This document shows positions 21,251 through 35,517 of a stretch of 64,000 nucleotides of DNA, piece by piece; position 1 is the first letter of the stretch; each line of letters opens with the position of its first letter. The notes under the pieces were generated by a model. It was not told where the DNA came from, made no database searches, and saw only the letters and a list, made by a program, of their open reading frames with translations. Where the stretch lies: contig NIVC01001126.1 of NCBI GenBank assembly GCA_002269645.1, forward strand, positions 248,001 through 312,000, read 5' to 3'. A program made the translations under genes and the position numbers. The DNA is from Macrostomum lignano (lineage: Eukaryota).

Positions 21251-21579
21251 AGAATAGATGGAATGCTTGAGACCAAGAGACTGTTGTGAAGTACACCAGA
21301 AACGCGAGTGTGAGAGAGAGATGGAGCAAAGCCATAGGCTATTGTAGCGAAACTGACACAGCAAAATGCGAAGCAAACAAAAGACACAGAGGACAAAAAA
21401 ACAACACTGAAAACACAGACTAGCAGAAGGGACACTTGGAAATGCGGGCACAATGACTGATATTACACTGTATTCTATAAACTGAGACCACAATTACACA
21501 CGCGAGAGTACGAGAATTATATTATAGTATAGTTATTATTATTATTATTATACCAGTTTGACAAGGTAATTTTTTTAGT

Positions 21580-24500
21580 TCAAGCCTCATCAGACAACAC
21601 AGCTCGCAGGTAATTGCCCAGACAGATCTCCGGTTCCTGATTTTGTTCGTAACTCTGAATAAACGCGTGCTTCAACAGGCTCTCTAAGCCCAGCCGTTCT
21701 TTAGGATTTTTGCGCAGACAACAATCCACAAAGTCGCAGATATTTTCACTGAAAGCAAAGCTGGGCAGCTTCGGCGGCTGCTGATAAACAATGTAGGATA
21801 GCAGCTCGAATATGGCCATCTGCTTCGGCCCGTTCTGGGGCGGCTCCATGCCTGCGGTAGCGAGGGGGGCGATTCTTAGTATTGATATACAGTATTATGA
21901 TACTGCTTGTAGGGGCGATTCTCAATGTTTTTGGGGCGATTCTTAGTATTGATATACAGTATTATGATACTGCTTGTAGGGGCGATTCTCAATGTTTTTG
22001 GGGCGATTCTTAGTATTGATATACAGTATTACGATACTGCTTGTAGGGGCGATTCTCAATGTTTTTGGGGCGATTCTTAGTATTGATATACAGTATTACG
22101 ATACTGCTTGTAGGGGCGATTCTCAATGTTTTTGGGGCGATTCTTAGTATTGATATACAGTATTACGATACTGCTTGTAGGGGCGATTCTCAATGTTTTT
22201 GGGGCGATTCTTAGTATTGATATACAGTATTACGATACTGCTTGTAGGGGCGATTCTCAATGTTTTTGGGGCGATTCTTAGTATTGATATACAGTATTAC
22301 GATACTGCTTGTAGGGGCGATTCTCAATGTTTTTGGGGCGATTCTTAGTATTGATATACAGTATTACGATACTGCTTGTAGGGGCGATTCTCAATGTTTT
22401 TGGGGCGATTCTTAGTATTGATATACAGTATTACGATACTGCTTGTAGGGGCGATTCTCAATGTTTTTGGGGCGATTCTTAGTATTGATATACAGTATTA
22501 TGATACTGCTTGTAGGGGCGATTCTCAATGTTTTTGGGGCGATTCTTAGTATTGATATACAGTATTACGATACTGCTTGTAGGGGCGATTCTCAATGTTT
22601 TTGGGGCGATTCTTAGTATTGATATACAGTATTACGATACTGCTTGTAAGGGCGATTCTCAATGTTTTTGGGGCGATTCTTAGTATTGATATACAGTATT
22701 ACGATACTGCTTGTAGGGGCGATTCTCAATGTTTTTGGGGCGATTCTTAGTATTGATATACAGTATTATGATACTGCTTGTAGGGGCGATTCTCAATGTT
22801 TTTGGGGCGATTCTTAGTATTGATATACAGTATTACGATACTGCTTGTAGGGGCGATTCTCAATGTTTTTGGGGCGATTCTTAGTATTGATATACAGTAT
22901 TATGACACTGCTTGTAGGGGCGATTCTCAATGTTTTTGGGGCGATTCTTAGTATTGATATACAGTATTACGATACTGCTTGTAGGGGCGATTCTCAATGT
23001 TTTTAAGGCGATTCTTAGTATTGATATACAGTATTACGATACTGCTTGTAGGGGCGATTCTCAATGTTTTTGGGGCGATTCTTAGTATTGATATACAGTA
23101 TTATGATACTGCTTGTAGGGGCGATTCTCAATGTTTTTGGGGCGATTCTTAGTATTGATATACAGTATTACGATACTGCTTGTAGGGGCGATTCTCAATG
23201 TTTTTGGGGCGATTCTTAGTATTGATATACAGTATTACGATACTGCTTGTAGGGGCGATTCTCAATGTTTTTGGGGCGATTCTTAGTATTGATATACAGT
23301 ATTACGATACTGCTTGTAGGGGCGATTCTCAATGTTTTTGGGGCGATTCTTAGTATTGATATACAGTATTACGATACTGCTTGTAGGGGCGATTCTCAAT
23401 GTTTTTGGGGCGATTCTTAGTATTGATATACAGTATTACGATACTGCTTGTAGGGGCGATTCTCAATGTTTTTGGGGCGATTCTTAGTATTGATATACAG
23501 TATTATGATACTGCTTGTAGGGGCGATTCTCAATGTTTTTGGGGCGATTCTTAGTATTGATATACAGTATTACGATACTGCTTGTAGGGGCGATTCTCAA
23601 TGTTTTTAAGGCGATTCTTAGTATTGATATACAGTATTACGATACTGCTTGTAGGGGCGATTCTCAATGTTTTTGGGGCGATTCTTAGTATTGATATACA
23701 GTATTATGATACTGCTTGTAGGGGCGATTCGCAATGTTTTTGGGGCGATTCTCAATGATTTCTTGGGGCGATTTCAATGTTTTTGGGGCGATTCTCAATG
23801 TTTATTGGGCGATTCTTAATGATTTTTGGGGCGATTCTCAATGATTTCTTGGAACGATTTTCAATGTTTTTGGGGCGATTCTCGATGATTTCTTGGAGCG
23901 ATTCTCAATGTTTATTGGGCGATTCTTAATGATTTTTGGGGCGATTCTCAATGATTTCTTGGGGCGATTCTCAATGATTTCTTGGGGCGATTCTCAATGT
24001 TTTTGGGCGATTCTCAATGTTTTTGGGGCGATTATCGATGATTTCTTGCGGCGATTATCGATGATTTCTTGGGGCGATTTTCAATGTTTTTGAGGCGATT
24101 CTCGATGTTTTTGGGGCGATTCTCAATGTTTATTGGGCGATTCTTAATGATTTTTGGGGCGATTCTCAATGATTTCTTGGGGCGATTTTCAATGTTTTTG
24201 GGGCGATTATCGATGATTTCTTGGGGCGATTTTCAATGTTTTTGGGGCGATTATCGATGATTTTTCGCGGCGATTATCGATGATTTCTTGGGGCGATTTT
24301 CAATGTTTTTGAGGCGATTCTCGATGTTTTTGGGGCGATTCTCAATGTTTATTGGGCGATTCTTAATGATTTTTGGGGCGATTCTTAATGATTTTTGGGG
24401 CGATTCTCAATGATTTCTTGGGGCGATTCTCAATGATTTCTTGGGGCGATTCTCAATGATTTCTTGGGGCGATTCTCAATGTTTTTGGGCGATTCTCAAT

Positions 24501-27500
24501 GATTTCTTGGGGCGATTCTCAATGTTTTTGGGGCGATTCTCGATGTTTTTGGGGCGATTCTCGATGATTTCTTGGGGCGATTTTCAATGTTTTCTTGGGG
24601 CGATTCTCAATGATTTCTTGGGGCGATTTCAATGTTTTTGGGGCGATTCTCAATGTTTATTGGGCGATTCTTAATGATTTTTGGGGCGATTCTCAATGAT
24701 TTCTTGGGGCGATTCTCAATGATTTCTTGGGGCGATTCTCAATGTTTTTGGGCGATTCTCAATGATTTCTTGGAACGATTTTCAATGTTTTTGGGCGATT
24801 CTCAATGATTTCTTGGGGCGATTCTCAAAGTTTTTTTGGGCGATTCTTAATGATTTTTGGGGCGATTCTCAATGATTTCTTGGGGCGATTCTCAATGATT
24901 TCTTGGGGCGATTCTCAATGTTTTTGGGCGATTCTTAATGATTTTTGGGGCGATTCTCAATGATTTCTGGGGCGATTCTCAATGTTTATGGGGCGATTCT
25001 CACTGCTTTTTGAGCGATTCTTAATGTTTATGGGGCGATTCTCACTGCTTTTTGAGCGATTCTCAATGTTTTCTTGGGGCGATTCTCACTGCTTTTTAGG
25101 GGTGATTCTCACTGCTTTTTAGGGGCGATTCTCACTGCTTTTTAGGGGCGATTCTCACTAACAATGTCAAAGGATGATGAAAACAGCTTTTAAAATGTCA
25201 GATTCGCACATAAATTATAAGTTTCAGACAGTTTAAAATTATGCATAAAAATGTCAGTCTAAATTTCTAAGAAATGCATACACATTCGCAACGTTGCGCT
25301 TTTTCATCTTCCTGGATTGGTTCTGATTTTTATCTTGCTTTCTACCCAGTCCTTTCAGTGCCCTGAGTGGCGTGCAGAAGTGGAGCTTTGTAAAACGGGG
25401 ATTAAGCGAAAAAGAAATCGCCGAGTAGCATGGGAACTGGCCAAGATGATCACAAGATGACGAGAGAGACGGACAGAGCATATTGGACGCACTTTTATTT
25501 TGAACACCAAACCGACAGCGGGTGCCGAACAAGGCTGGGATGATTGAGTTTTTCGAGGGGCAATTCTACAGACAAATATTGCATATCGATTCTCTTTGCA
25601 ATGTCCTGAGATCATGAAGAGTGACGGGACGCATTAATTAACAAGCAAAATCTATGTCATTAAAATGAAGAGATTGATTTTAAATCATTTTAAATGCCAT
25701 GTCAGGATTATACTAAATGCGATGTCAGGATTATACTAAATGCGATGTCAGGATGATACTAAATGTGATTTCAGGATGATACTAAATGTGATGTCAGTAT
25801 GCTACTAAATGTGATGTCAGTATGCTACTAAATGTGATTTCAGTATGCTACTAAATGTGATGTCAGTATGCTAATAAATGTGATGTTAGTATGCTAAGAA
25901 ATGTGATTTCAGGATGATACTAAATGTGATGTCAGTATGCTAAGAAATGTGATGTCAGTATGCTACTAAATGTGATGTCAGGATGATACTAAATGCCATG
26001 TCAGGATTATACTAAATGTGATTTCAGGATGATACTAAATGCGATGTCAGAATGATACTAAATGCCATGTCAGGATGATACTAAATGCCATGTCAGGATG
26101 ATACTAAATGCCATGTCAGGATGATACTAAATGCGATGTCAGAATGATACTAAATGCGATGTCAGGATGATACTAAATGCGATGTCAGGATGATACTAAA
26201 TGTGATTTCAGGATGATACTAAATGTGATTTCAGGATGATACTAAATGTGATGTCAGTATGCTAATAAATGTGATGTCAGTATGCTAAGAAATGTGATGT
26301 CAGGATGATACTAAATGCGATGTCAGGATGATACTAAATGTGATTTCAGGATGATACTAAATGTGATGTCAGTATGCTAATAAATGTGATGTCAGTATGC
26401 TAAGAAATGTGATGTCAGTATGCTACTAAATGTGATGTCAGTATGCTAAGAAATGTGATGTCAGTATGCTACTAAATGTGATGTCAGGATGATACTAAAT
26501 GTGATGTCAGGATGATACTAAATGTGATGTCAGGATGATACTAAATGCCATGTCAGGATGATACTAAATGTGATGTCAGTATGATACTAAATGTGATTTC
26601 AGGCTGATACTAAATGTGATGTCAGGATGATACTAAATGTGATTTCAGGATGATACTCTCGCTCACCTCTCAGCCGCGTGCCCTTAACAGCGGCCTCCCT
26701 ATGCTCGGCCAGATTTCTTTGGCGGTCGCTGCTGAAAGCGCTGGTGTAGTCCCGGCTATCCGGCTGCGGAATGGGATAGCGACCAGTGGCCAGCTCGACC
26801 AGGCTTAGGCCCATAGACCAAACGTCAGACAATATTGAGTACTCTTCGCCATTGAGTCGTTCCGGCGCCATATAGGACCGGGTGCCAACGAAACTGTTGG
26901 CCAGACTGTCGATTAGCTGGCCGGAGACGCCAAAATCGCACAGTTTGCAGTCGCCTTCCAGACTAACCAGGATGTTGGAGGGCTTCACGTCTCTAGAAAT
27001 ATTCATGATGGATATATTGATTAGACCTGAATGAAGCATCAATTATGAGGGACATCTTGTATTGCCTCTAATATACATATAGGTCTGTCTGACGCCAATT
27101 AGGAATGCTGTAGACTTGTGTCGCTAATGATGTCGTCAATTGTGTCGCTAATGATGTCGTCAATTGTCTCACTAATGATGTCGTCAATTGTGTCGCTAAT
27201 AATTTTGTCAATTGTGTCGCTAATGATGTCGTCAATTGTGTCGCTAATGATGTCGTCAATTGTGTCCTAATGATGTCGTCAATTGCGTCGCTAATAATTT
27301 TGTCAATTGTGTCGCTAATGATGTCGTCAATTGTGTCGCTAATAATTTTGTCAATTGTGTCGCTAATGATGTCGTCAATTGTGTCGCTAATAATGTCGTC
27401 AATTGTGTCGCTAATAATGTCGTCAATTGTGTCGCTAATGATGTCGTCAATTGTGTCGCTAATGATGTCGTCAATTGTGTCGCTAATAATTTTGTCAATT

Positions 27501-30500
27501 GTGTCGCTAATGATGTCGTCAATTGTGTCGCTAATAATTTTGTCAATTGTGTCGCTGATGTCGTCAATTGTGTCGCTAATAATTTTGTCAATTGTGTCGC
27601 TAATGATGTCGTCAATTGTGTCGCTAATAATGTCGTCAATTGTGTCGCTAATAATATCGTCAATTGTGTCACTAATGATGTCGTCAATTGTGTCACTAAT
27701 GATGTCGTCAATTGTGTCGCTAATGATGTCGTCAATTGTGTCGCTAATGATGTCGTCAATTGTGTCGCTAATGATGTCGTCAATTGTGTCGCTAATGATG
27801 TCGTCAATTGTGTCGCTAATAATGTCGTCAATTGTGTCGCTAATAATGTCGTCAATTGTGTCGCTAATAATTTTGTCAATTGTGTCGCCAATGATGTCGT
27901 CAATTGTGTCGCTAATAATGTCGTTAATTGTGTCGCTAATGATGTCGTCAATTGTGTCGCTAATAATGTCGTCAATTGTGTCGCTAATAATGTCGTCAAT
28001 TGTGTCGCTAATAATGTCGTCAATTGTGTCGCTAATAATGTCGTCAATTGTGTCGCTAATGATGTCGTCAGTTGGGACGCTAATGATGTTGTCAGTTGTG
28101 ACGCTAATGATGATGCTGAATTGTGACGCTAATGATGATGCTGAATTGTGACGCTAATGATGATGCTGAATTGTGACGCTAATGATGATGCTGAATTGTG
28201 ACGCTAATGATGATGCTGAATTGTGACGCTAATGATGCTTAATTGTGACGCTAATGATGATGCTGAATTGTGACGCTAATGATGATGCTGAATTTTGACG
28301 CTAATGATGATGCTGAATTGTGACGCTAATGATGATGCTGAATTGTGACGCTAATGATGATTCTCAATTATGACACTAATGATGATTCTCAATTGTGACG
28401 CTAATGATGATTCTCAATTATGACACTAATGATGATTCTCAATTGTGACATTAATGATGATTCTCAATTGTGACACTAATGATGATTCTCAATTGTGACA
28501 CTAATGATGATTCTCAATTATGACACTAATGATGATGCTGAATTGTGACGCTAATGATGATGCTTAATTGTGACGCTAATGATGATGCTGAATTGTGACG
28601 CTAATGATGATGCTGAATTTTGACGCTAATGATGATGCTGAATTGTGACGCTAATGATGATGCTGAATTGTGACGCTAATGATGATTCTCAATTGTGACG
28701 CTAATGATGATGCTTAATTGTGACGCTAATGATGATTCTCAATTGTGACACTAATGATGATGCTGAATTGTGACGCTAATGATGATGCTGAATTGTGACG
28801 CTAATGATGATGCTGAATTGTGACGCTAATGATGATGCTGAATTGTGACGCTAATGATGCTGACTAGTGGTGCCAATTTAGATTGACTATTGATGCAAAT
28901 TGAATATAAAAACCTGGGTTGCCCATACTTCTAGCATTAAAAGAGAGCATCGATGAACTTTATTTACTTGGCCGGAAAGGATTCCTCAAAGAGCCCTATA
29001 GAGCTAGCAGTTACATGTAGTAGCAGTCATGTCGGACTGGTTTTCAAAGCGTCAAATGCTTGTATTGTATAAGCACTATGGGCTATAGAAATCGCAGAAG
29101 CAGAGCAGAAAGGCGTGCGCAGATTTCATGACACAGTCTATTTTGCATCTCTAAGAGTTGCAAGTAGGTGAAAGCCTAAGTTGCTAAGCCGATTGTTGTC
29201 ATGGCAACCTCAAGAATAAGCAGCTAGACGTCTGGAACTTTTATTGTTGAATTCAAATCTCAAAGGCTACACGCACAATAGGGATATCCAATGCGTTTTT
29301 GTGACGACAAAAAATTCTAACTGCCTCAATGAGAGCATTTTCAATCCTTTGTAATAATATCTTATCGTAATAATAATCTTATCTCGGGCGCTGTCATCCT
29401 GTTCGTACCCCCCCCCCATCAAAGCATCCGTACCCTAGCAAAGACTAATTGACAACCGTCGTAACTTGCCTATGCAACCAGAGACAGTGCAGTGGCAATG
29501 TACCTCTTCACTATATCCCCAGTGCCTCTCTCGTCTCTTATCTCTTAACATCTGCATACCTAATAAGCTTATGCGATACTTACACTGTCTCTTCTCATAT
29601 CTACCACTTTCTCTTCTCATATCTACCACTTTCTCTTTTCATATCTACCACTGTCTCTTCTCATATCTACCACTTTCTCTTCTCATATCTACCACTGTCT
29701 CTTCTCTTCTCTACCACTTTCTCTTCTCACATCTACCACTGTCTCTCTCATATCTACCACTGTCTCTTCTCATATCTACCACTGTCTCTTCTCATATCTA
29801 CCACTGTTTCTTCTCATATCTACAACTGTCTATTCTCACATCTACCACTGTCTCTTCTCATATCTATAATGATCTACCTTTGATATCCTGATATCTGCTT
29901 CCGTTACTTACACCACCAGTTTCTTGTCATCATTTAGAACAAATATTAAAAGCACACACCGCCTCACCTATGCAGACAGTTAATATTCTCCCTCAGATAG
30001 ATGAGCCCCTTGAGCACGGAACAGCTAATCTTGGCCACAATCGGTTCGGGCAGTCGGCCAGCTTTAGTGAGCACCAGATCTAGCGATCCAGCGTTCATGT
30101 ATTCCATGCAGATGCAGATGGTGGCGGAGGAGTCCACGAAATAGGCGCCGAAGTAGCCGATGATGTAGGGACTGTTGCACGAGTGCAGCACCTGAGGAAT
30201 TGGAAAAGTGCTTATTGAACTTTATTAAACTCAAACCAATTAGGCAGTGATTTCTTTAAGAACCACTAATTTTCCCGAAAACCCGAATTTGAATACCATA
30301 ACCAATTACCTCAGGTTAAGTTGAAATCCTAAACACAACAAATTCGATCCGAATAAGAAATCCCAAATCCCACAAATTTGAATACCACTTTTCCAGATCC
30401 CAATAAGAAATCCCACCAAATCTCACAAATTTGAATACCACTTTTCCAGATCCCAATAAGAAATCCCACCAAATCTCACAAATTTGAATACCACTTTTCC

Positions 30501-32382
30501 AGATCCCAATAAGAAATCCCACCAAATCTCACAAATTTGAATACCACTTTCCAGATCCCAATAAGAAATCCCACCAAATCTCACAAATTTGAATACCACT
30601 TTTCCAGATCCCAATAAGAAATCCCACCAAATCTCACAAATTTGAAAACCATATTCCCAGATTCCAAAAAGAAATCCACCAAATCCCACAAATTCGAACA
30701 CCATATTCCCAGATCCCAATAAGAAATCCACCAAATCTCACAAATTTGAAAACCATATTCCCAGATTCCAATAAGAAATCCCAAATGTCACAAATTTGAA
30801 AACCATATTCCCAGATTCCAATAAGAAATCCCAAATCTCACAAATTTGAAAACCTTATTCTCAGATCTCAATAACAAATCCCAAATTCCAAAAAATTAAA
30901 CACCATATTTCCAGATCCCAATAAGAAACCCCAAATCCCACAAATTCGAATACCATATTCCCAGATCCTAATTAAAAATCCCAAATCCCAGATTAACGTC
31001 GTAGCATCCCCAGACTGAAACTAGAAGTGTAAATTCCATAAAAGTACAAATTCAACAACTAGTGGAACACGAACCTCCAACTCTCTGATAATCTGGGCCC
31101 TAACAGACGGCTTGATTTCCAAATGAATAAGCTTCCTAGCCATAGCCTGTCTAGTGGGCCTGTGCAGCACCCGTTGAACAACGCCAGAGGATCCGGCGCC
31201 CAATTCGGCGATATCATCAAAGTCTTCGTGACGCAATTCGCCTATGCTGCGCTTGCGTTGAACAAATTCTGCCAGACGCTTGCGTTGACTCTCGTCGAGG
31301 TCCTGATGGCCCCGCTGCTGCTGCTCCTGCTGCTGTTGTTTCGCCTGCAGCTGCTGCTGATGCAGACGAAGCTCTAGCGAATTCAAATCGGCGCCGCTTG
31401 GCGTGGTTGCTATGGTGAGATTCATCAGGTTGCGCCGGCTGCCGCAGCCCGAACCGGAGCCAGCCTCCATGCTGCCGGAACTGCTGACGCTGGTGTTGCT
31501 GCTGCTGGCCGCTGCCGCGCCTTCCGCTGCTGCCGACGCCGAGCCAGACGGAGGCGACGACGATGGTGTACCAGCGGATTGGCCAGGCACCTGCAGCGAC
31601 CGCTTCACTGAAGCCGAATTTTGTGTCAAATACAAATAGCTCGTGTGTACTAACAGCTCTGAGTATTAGTTTGCTATGTTGTCGAGGCAGAGATGCTGGA
31701 GACTTGGGGATAGTTTGGTGATGAAGATGCTGAGGATAGTTTGGTGATGAAGATGCTGAGGATAGTTTGGTGATGAAGATGCTGGGGATAGTTTGGTGAT
31801 GAAGATGCTGGGGATAGTTTGGTGATGAAGATGCTGGGGATAGTTTGGTGATGAAGATGCTGAGGATAGTTTGGTGATGAAGATGCTGGGGATAGTTTGG
31901 TGATGAAGATGCTGGGGATAGTTTGGTGATGAAGATTCTGGGGATAGTTTAGTGATGAAGATGCTGGGGATAGTTTGGTGATGAAGATGCTGGGAATAGT
32001 TTGGTGATGAAGATGCTGGGAATAGTTTGGTGATGAAGATGCTAGGGATAGTTTGGTGATGAAGATGCTGGGGATAGTTTGGTGATGAAGATGCTGGGGA
32101 TAGTTTAGTGATGAAGATGCTGGGATTGTTTGGTGATAAAGATGCTGGGGATTGTATGGTGATAAAAATTTTGTGGATTGCTCTAAAAAAATAATCGCTT
32201 CAGAATAATCTAAAATATAAAAATAAATCTTTCAAATTTTACCTAGTTAATTTAAAAATTAACAAAACACTTTACTAGACAAACAGCAGATAGTTTAAAC
32301 CAAAATAATTACCTTGCAACAAGTTGTCGGAACAGGTGCGCAAAGTTGAACCAAACGTTTGAAATCTATGCTTGTTAAACAT
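21580..32382 (-). CDS. MAP2K1: MAP kinase kinase MEK1/2 (MAP2K1/2)
   Basis: Exons 31075-31607 (internal ATG at 31470), 29968-30191, 26667-26992 and 21580-21851 have GT-AG ends and consistent phases; a candidate extra first exon is 32313-32382. Motifs: docking-like [106 protein letters not shown]. The 5' end is uncertain. Confidence 0.93.
21862..23740. repeat. 67-bp highly homogeneous minisatellite in the last MEK intron
   Basis: GGGGCGATTCTCAATGTTTTTGGGGCGATTCTTAGTATTGATATACAGTATTACGATACTGCTTGTA, about 28 copies (starts at 21912 and 21979). Confidence 0.97.
23740..25160. repeat. About 21-23-bp minisatellite (GGGGCGATTCTCAATGATTTCTT) continuing the 67-bp array
   Basis: Same GGGGCGATTCT core with variable T-rich linkers. 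Confidence 0.95.
25700..26657. repeat. 23-bp minisatellite (TGATGTCAGGATGATACTAAATG)n
   Basis: Period 23 (GTCAGG at 26161 and 26184). It runs up to within about 10 nt of the MEK donor at 26665-26666. Confidence 0.95.
27115..28865. repeat. Compound minisatellite: 24-bp (GTCGCTAATGATGTCGTCAATTGT)n switching to 25-bp (GACGCTAATGATGATGCTGAATTGT)n
   Basis: Periods read directly; the switch is at about 28070-28120. Confidence 0.95.
29578..29870. repeat. 22-bp minisatellite (CTCTTCTCATATCTACCACTGT)n
   Basis: Period 22 (29761 and 29783). Confidence 0.92.
30330..30990. repeat. About 53-bp minisatellite (CCAGATCCCAATAAGAAATCCCACCAAATCTCACAAATTTGAATACCACTTTT)n
   Basis: Period 53 (30393 and 30446); about 12 degenerating copies. 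Confidence 0.92.
31700..32165. repeat. 26-bp minisatellite (GATAGTTTGGTGATGAAGATGCTGGG)n
   Basis: Period 26 (31801 and 31827). Confidence 0.94.
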
Positions 32383-33004
32383 GTCGGGCGATCTTTTAGA
32401 TTTTTATCAGTTCAAATTAAGCTTTAGAAACTGTCACTTCTAATAGAACAGAAATAGTGCTGGGTGGCGGGCAAGAGTATAAAGCAAAGAAATTGGAACA
32501 CGATCAAATCTTTCTTATCTTCACTAAAGCTTCTATCCAACGCGCTGAGCAAGTCGAATGAGTTAATACACTGCACTGCTTCAACAAAGAGAGAGATGCG
32601 GGATAAGAAGCTATGCTAGCTCGATAATCCCTAATGGTACCCCCCGGAGAGATGCGGGGCGGGGAAGAGAGGCAGAGAAAGATGACGAATAGAAAGAGGG
32701 AAGCAAATGAGGAAGAAGAAGAGGGATGAAGAGGAAGAGAACGTTTTTTTGGCCTCGGGGGCGACAACGGCCTAGTAATAATAGAATGCAGTTGGTGTGC
32801 ACAGGGCGGAGGCTTAAGCCTTAGAAGCGACAGTAAAGAGACTTCTACACCAGTGCTATGCTAACACAATTTCGAGATCATAATGAGAAATTCCTAAACC
32901 CAAAACTCTGTTCGCGTTACGCTCGTAGTTAATTACATAACTTGCCTCGACTGAACTGGATTCTATAGCGCGAGATTGCCTCAGTTACAGTGGTGGATTG
33001 AGCG

Positions 33005-33612
33005 AGATTGCCTCAGGGACAGGGGCGATTTCTGTGAGATTGCCTTGACTCAGGGCAAGAGGAGATTTCTGTGAGATTGCCTCAGGGCAAGGGGAGATTT
33101 CTGCGAGATTGCCTCAGGGCAAGGGCCTCAGGGCAAGGGGAGATTTCTGCGAGATTGCCTCAGGGCAAGGGCCTCAGGGCAAGAGGAGATTTCTGCGAGA
33201 TTGCCTCAGGGCAAGGGGAGATTTCTGCGAGATTGCCTCAGGGACAGGGGTGATTTCTGTGAGATTGCCTCAGGGACAGGGGCGATTTCTGTGAGATTGC
33301 CTCAGGGACAGGGGCGATTTCTGTGAGATTGCCTCAGGGACAGGGGCGATTTCTGTGAGACTGCCTCAGGGACAGGGGCGATTTCTGTGAGATTGCCTCA
33401 GGGACAGGGGCGATTTCTGTGAGACTGCCTCAGGGACAGGGGCGATTTCTGTGAGATTGCCTCAGGGACAGGGGCGATTTCTGTGAGATTGCCTCAGGGA
33501 CAGGGGCGATTTCTGTGAGACTGCCTCAAGGACAGGGGTGATTTCTGTGAGATTGCCATAGGGCAAGGGGTGATTTCTGTGAGATTGCCTCGGGCAAGGG
33601 GTGATTTCTGTG
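33005..33612. repeat. 32-bp minisatellite (GGGCGATTTCTGTGAGATTGCCTCAGGGACAG)n
   Basis: Period 32 (33301 and 33333). Confidence 0.94.
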
Positions 33613-34173
33613 AGAACGAAGAAACAAAAAACGAGTGGACAGGAACCCAAAAATCAGAGAAACAGAGAACAAGTGTACATAAGAACAGAAGAACCATAGA
33701 AAGGAAGAATAAGAGAACAGGGGAACGAATCAGCTAACAAATACACAGATACATTAAAATCAACCAGCCCTCACACTTCTTACTGACTAAAGCCGAGTTT
33801 CCAGTCCCTTCTTTTTTCTATTCTATGATAAATTTATATTGCAGAAGTCCCTGATTAAGCTTTCAAATAGTATAAAACTTGTAGCTAGCTACTGTTAGTA
33901 ACAATATTGAAATATTTCAAGTCCTATTTGATTGAGTCAAACAAAAACGCACTAAATTGGTAAACTAAAAATACTCGTATGTAAAGTATTGAAAATACTC
34001 TTATTATTATTATTATTTTCACACTTTGATATGGCAACATTCATTATCTTCTAAGTATTTGAAGATAACCAGAGCTATAGAATTATAGCTATAATGCCAT
34101 ATATGATGCCAAGAGTGGCACGAGTTCTAGCTAACAGCTCCACTGAGATCAAGAAGTTTGCATTTCTCCAGAC

Positions 34174-34220
34174 CATGCTTGGGCGCAACCTAGGGATTCA
34201 CCCGGCCATTTCTATTGGCA

Positions 34221-34252
<32 letters not shown>

Positions 34253-34362
34253 GTCACTATTGGACAGAATAGTAGTCACGTGACTGCTCTCAGCCAATAG
34301 CGACTTACATGTGTGTGTTGCCAATAGAAATGCCGGGCGAATCCAAAGGTTGCGCATGTATG
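34174..34362. mobile_element. Palindromic MITE of the CATACATGCGCAAC-TIR family
   Basis: Right TIR GTTGCGCATGTATG (34349-34362) and degenerate left end CATGCTTGGGCGCAAC. The interior is a hairpin centred on TCACGTGA, with (CA)n in the left arm. Flanks CTCCAGAC and CACCAGGC match at 6/8. Confidence 0.7.
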
Positions 34363-35517
34363 CACCAGGCAATGGATATTACAAGCTAGGTAGCTTCAAA
34401 TACTTCCTATTGTTAAGCAAATGCTCTATATGTTTGTACCAGTCAGCATAAAGGCCACTGGACAACATGCTAGTAGCATTAAGAAGGCTCTAAAAGATCC
34501 AAAGATAGAGTTCTACTTTTTGATGGAAGTTCTGCAGGTTTTTAATGTTTAAAGTTTCTCTTTTAATAGGGAAGCACTCAGATTTACTGCCTTTATAATA
34601 AATTGAAATAAGTTGATACTTACATATTGCTAATAGAACTGACCAAGCTTCTATAATCTTACTGGAAGATAAACATAACTAATTTATACATTGGGTTGGG
34701 CTTTACAATAGCTAGCCAAGCAATTATTTATTGATATAGATAGATGTCAATAACTAATAAATATGCCTTCAGGTCATGAAGGACTTCTTTCTTCCATATT
34801 AGAACTAAGAAGCTAAAACATTTGCCTTTTGATAGTAGGTTCATCTAGGCACAATGGCACATCAAATGCTAGATCCAAATTGGCAGTATCATTCTTTATA
34901 TATTAACTAGATTCCAATCTTGGCTAGTGAGATACCAGAACATTTTCATTGATATAGAGATTAGTAGCCTAGAAATAGAGGAGTGTTAGTATCAAATAGA
35001 GATAATAGAACTAGAGTTTAAAAGTTTTGTCAATTGCAATATTGCAAGTTTTTGGGAAGCAGTTTTATAAGCTAGCAATTATCTATTTCTCATTAGACTT
35101 GTGAGAACATTGCTAATTTTGCTTTATAACAATGCAATAGTCAAGCATATTTTTAGTCAAATAGTAAACACTATTACCAAGAAAGGGATGAATAAGTTTG
35201 CTACCCTTTATTATCAAGGCCCTAATAATCATATATATTTATTTAGTTACAAAGAATCTTAATCTAGCATCTTGGACTATTGCATTTTTATTTGTCCTTG
35301 TCACTCAATATATTTAAGAATATACATCATATTTGCTGGGCCTAGCATTCATGTAGTATATCATTAAGGATTAAATGATAAGGCTAGCTTAGCTATTATA
35401 GAACAAAAGCATAGCACTAGGCTATAAGAAGGCCTAGCAAATGTCATATTCATTAAGGTTTAGCTAGGCTAAGAAAAAACAAGCAAGTAGTTTAGCATAC
35501 TGCAAATTAGTGTTTTG

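Noticed and set aside
20674-21493. Hydrophobic 190-259-aa ORFs resembling membrane proteins
   Set aside because: They are translations of a CT/GA low-complexity tract. The same applies to 43388-44027, 46586-46930 and 52551-53033.
27068-28151. Long ORFs on both strands (263-293 aa)
   Set aside because: They are periodic translations of a stop-free 24-bp minisatellite inside a MEK intron.
32504-32767. ORF starting SPPRPKKRSLPL as a possible MEK docking-site exon
   Set aside because: It starts at TTG, has no suitable donor in frame, and a better docking motif (RRNLMNLTI) lies in the main exon.
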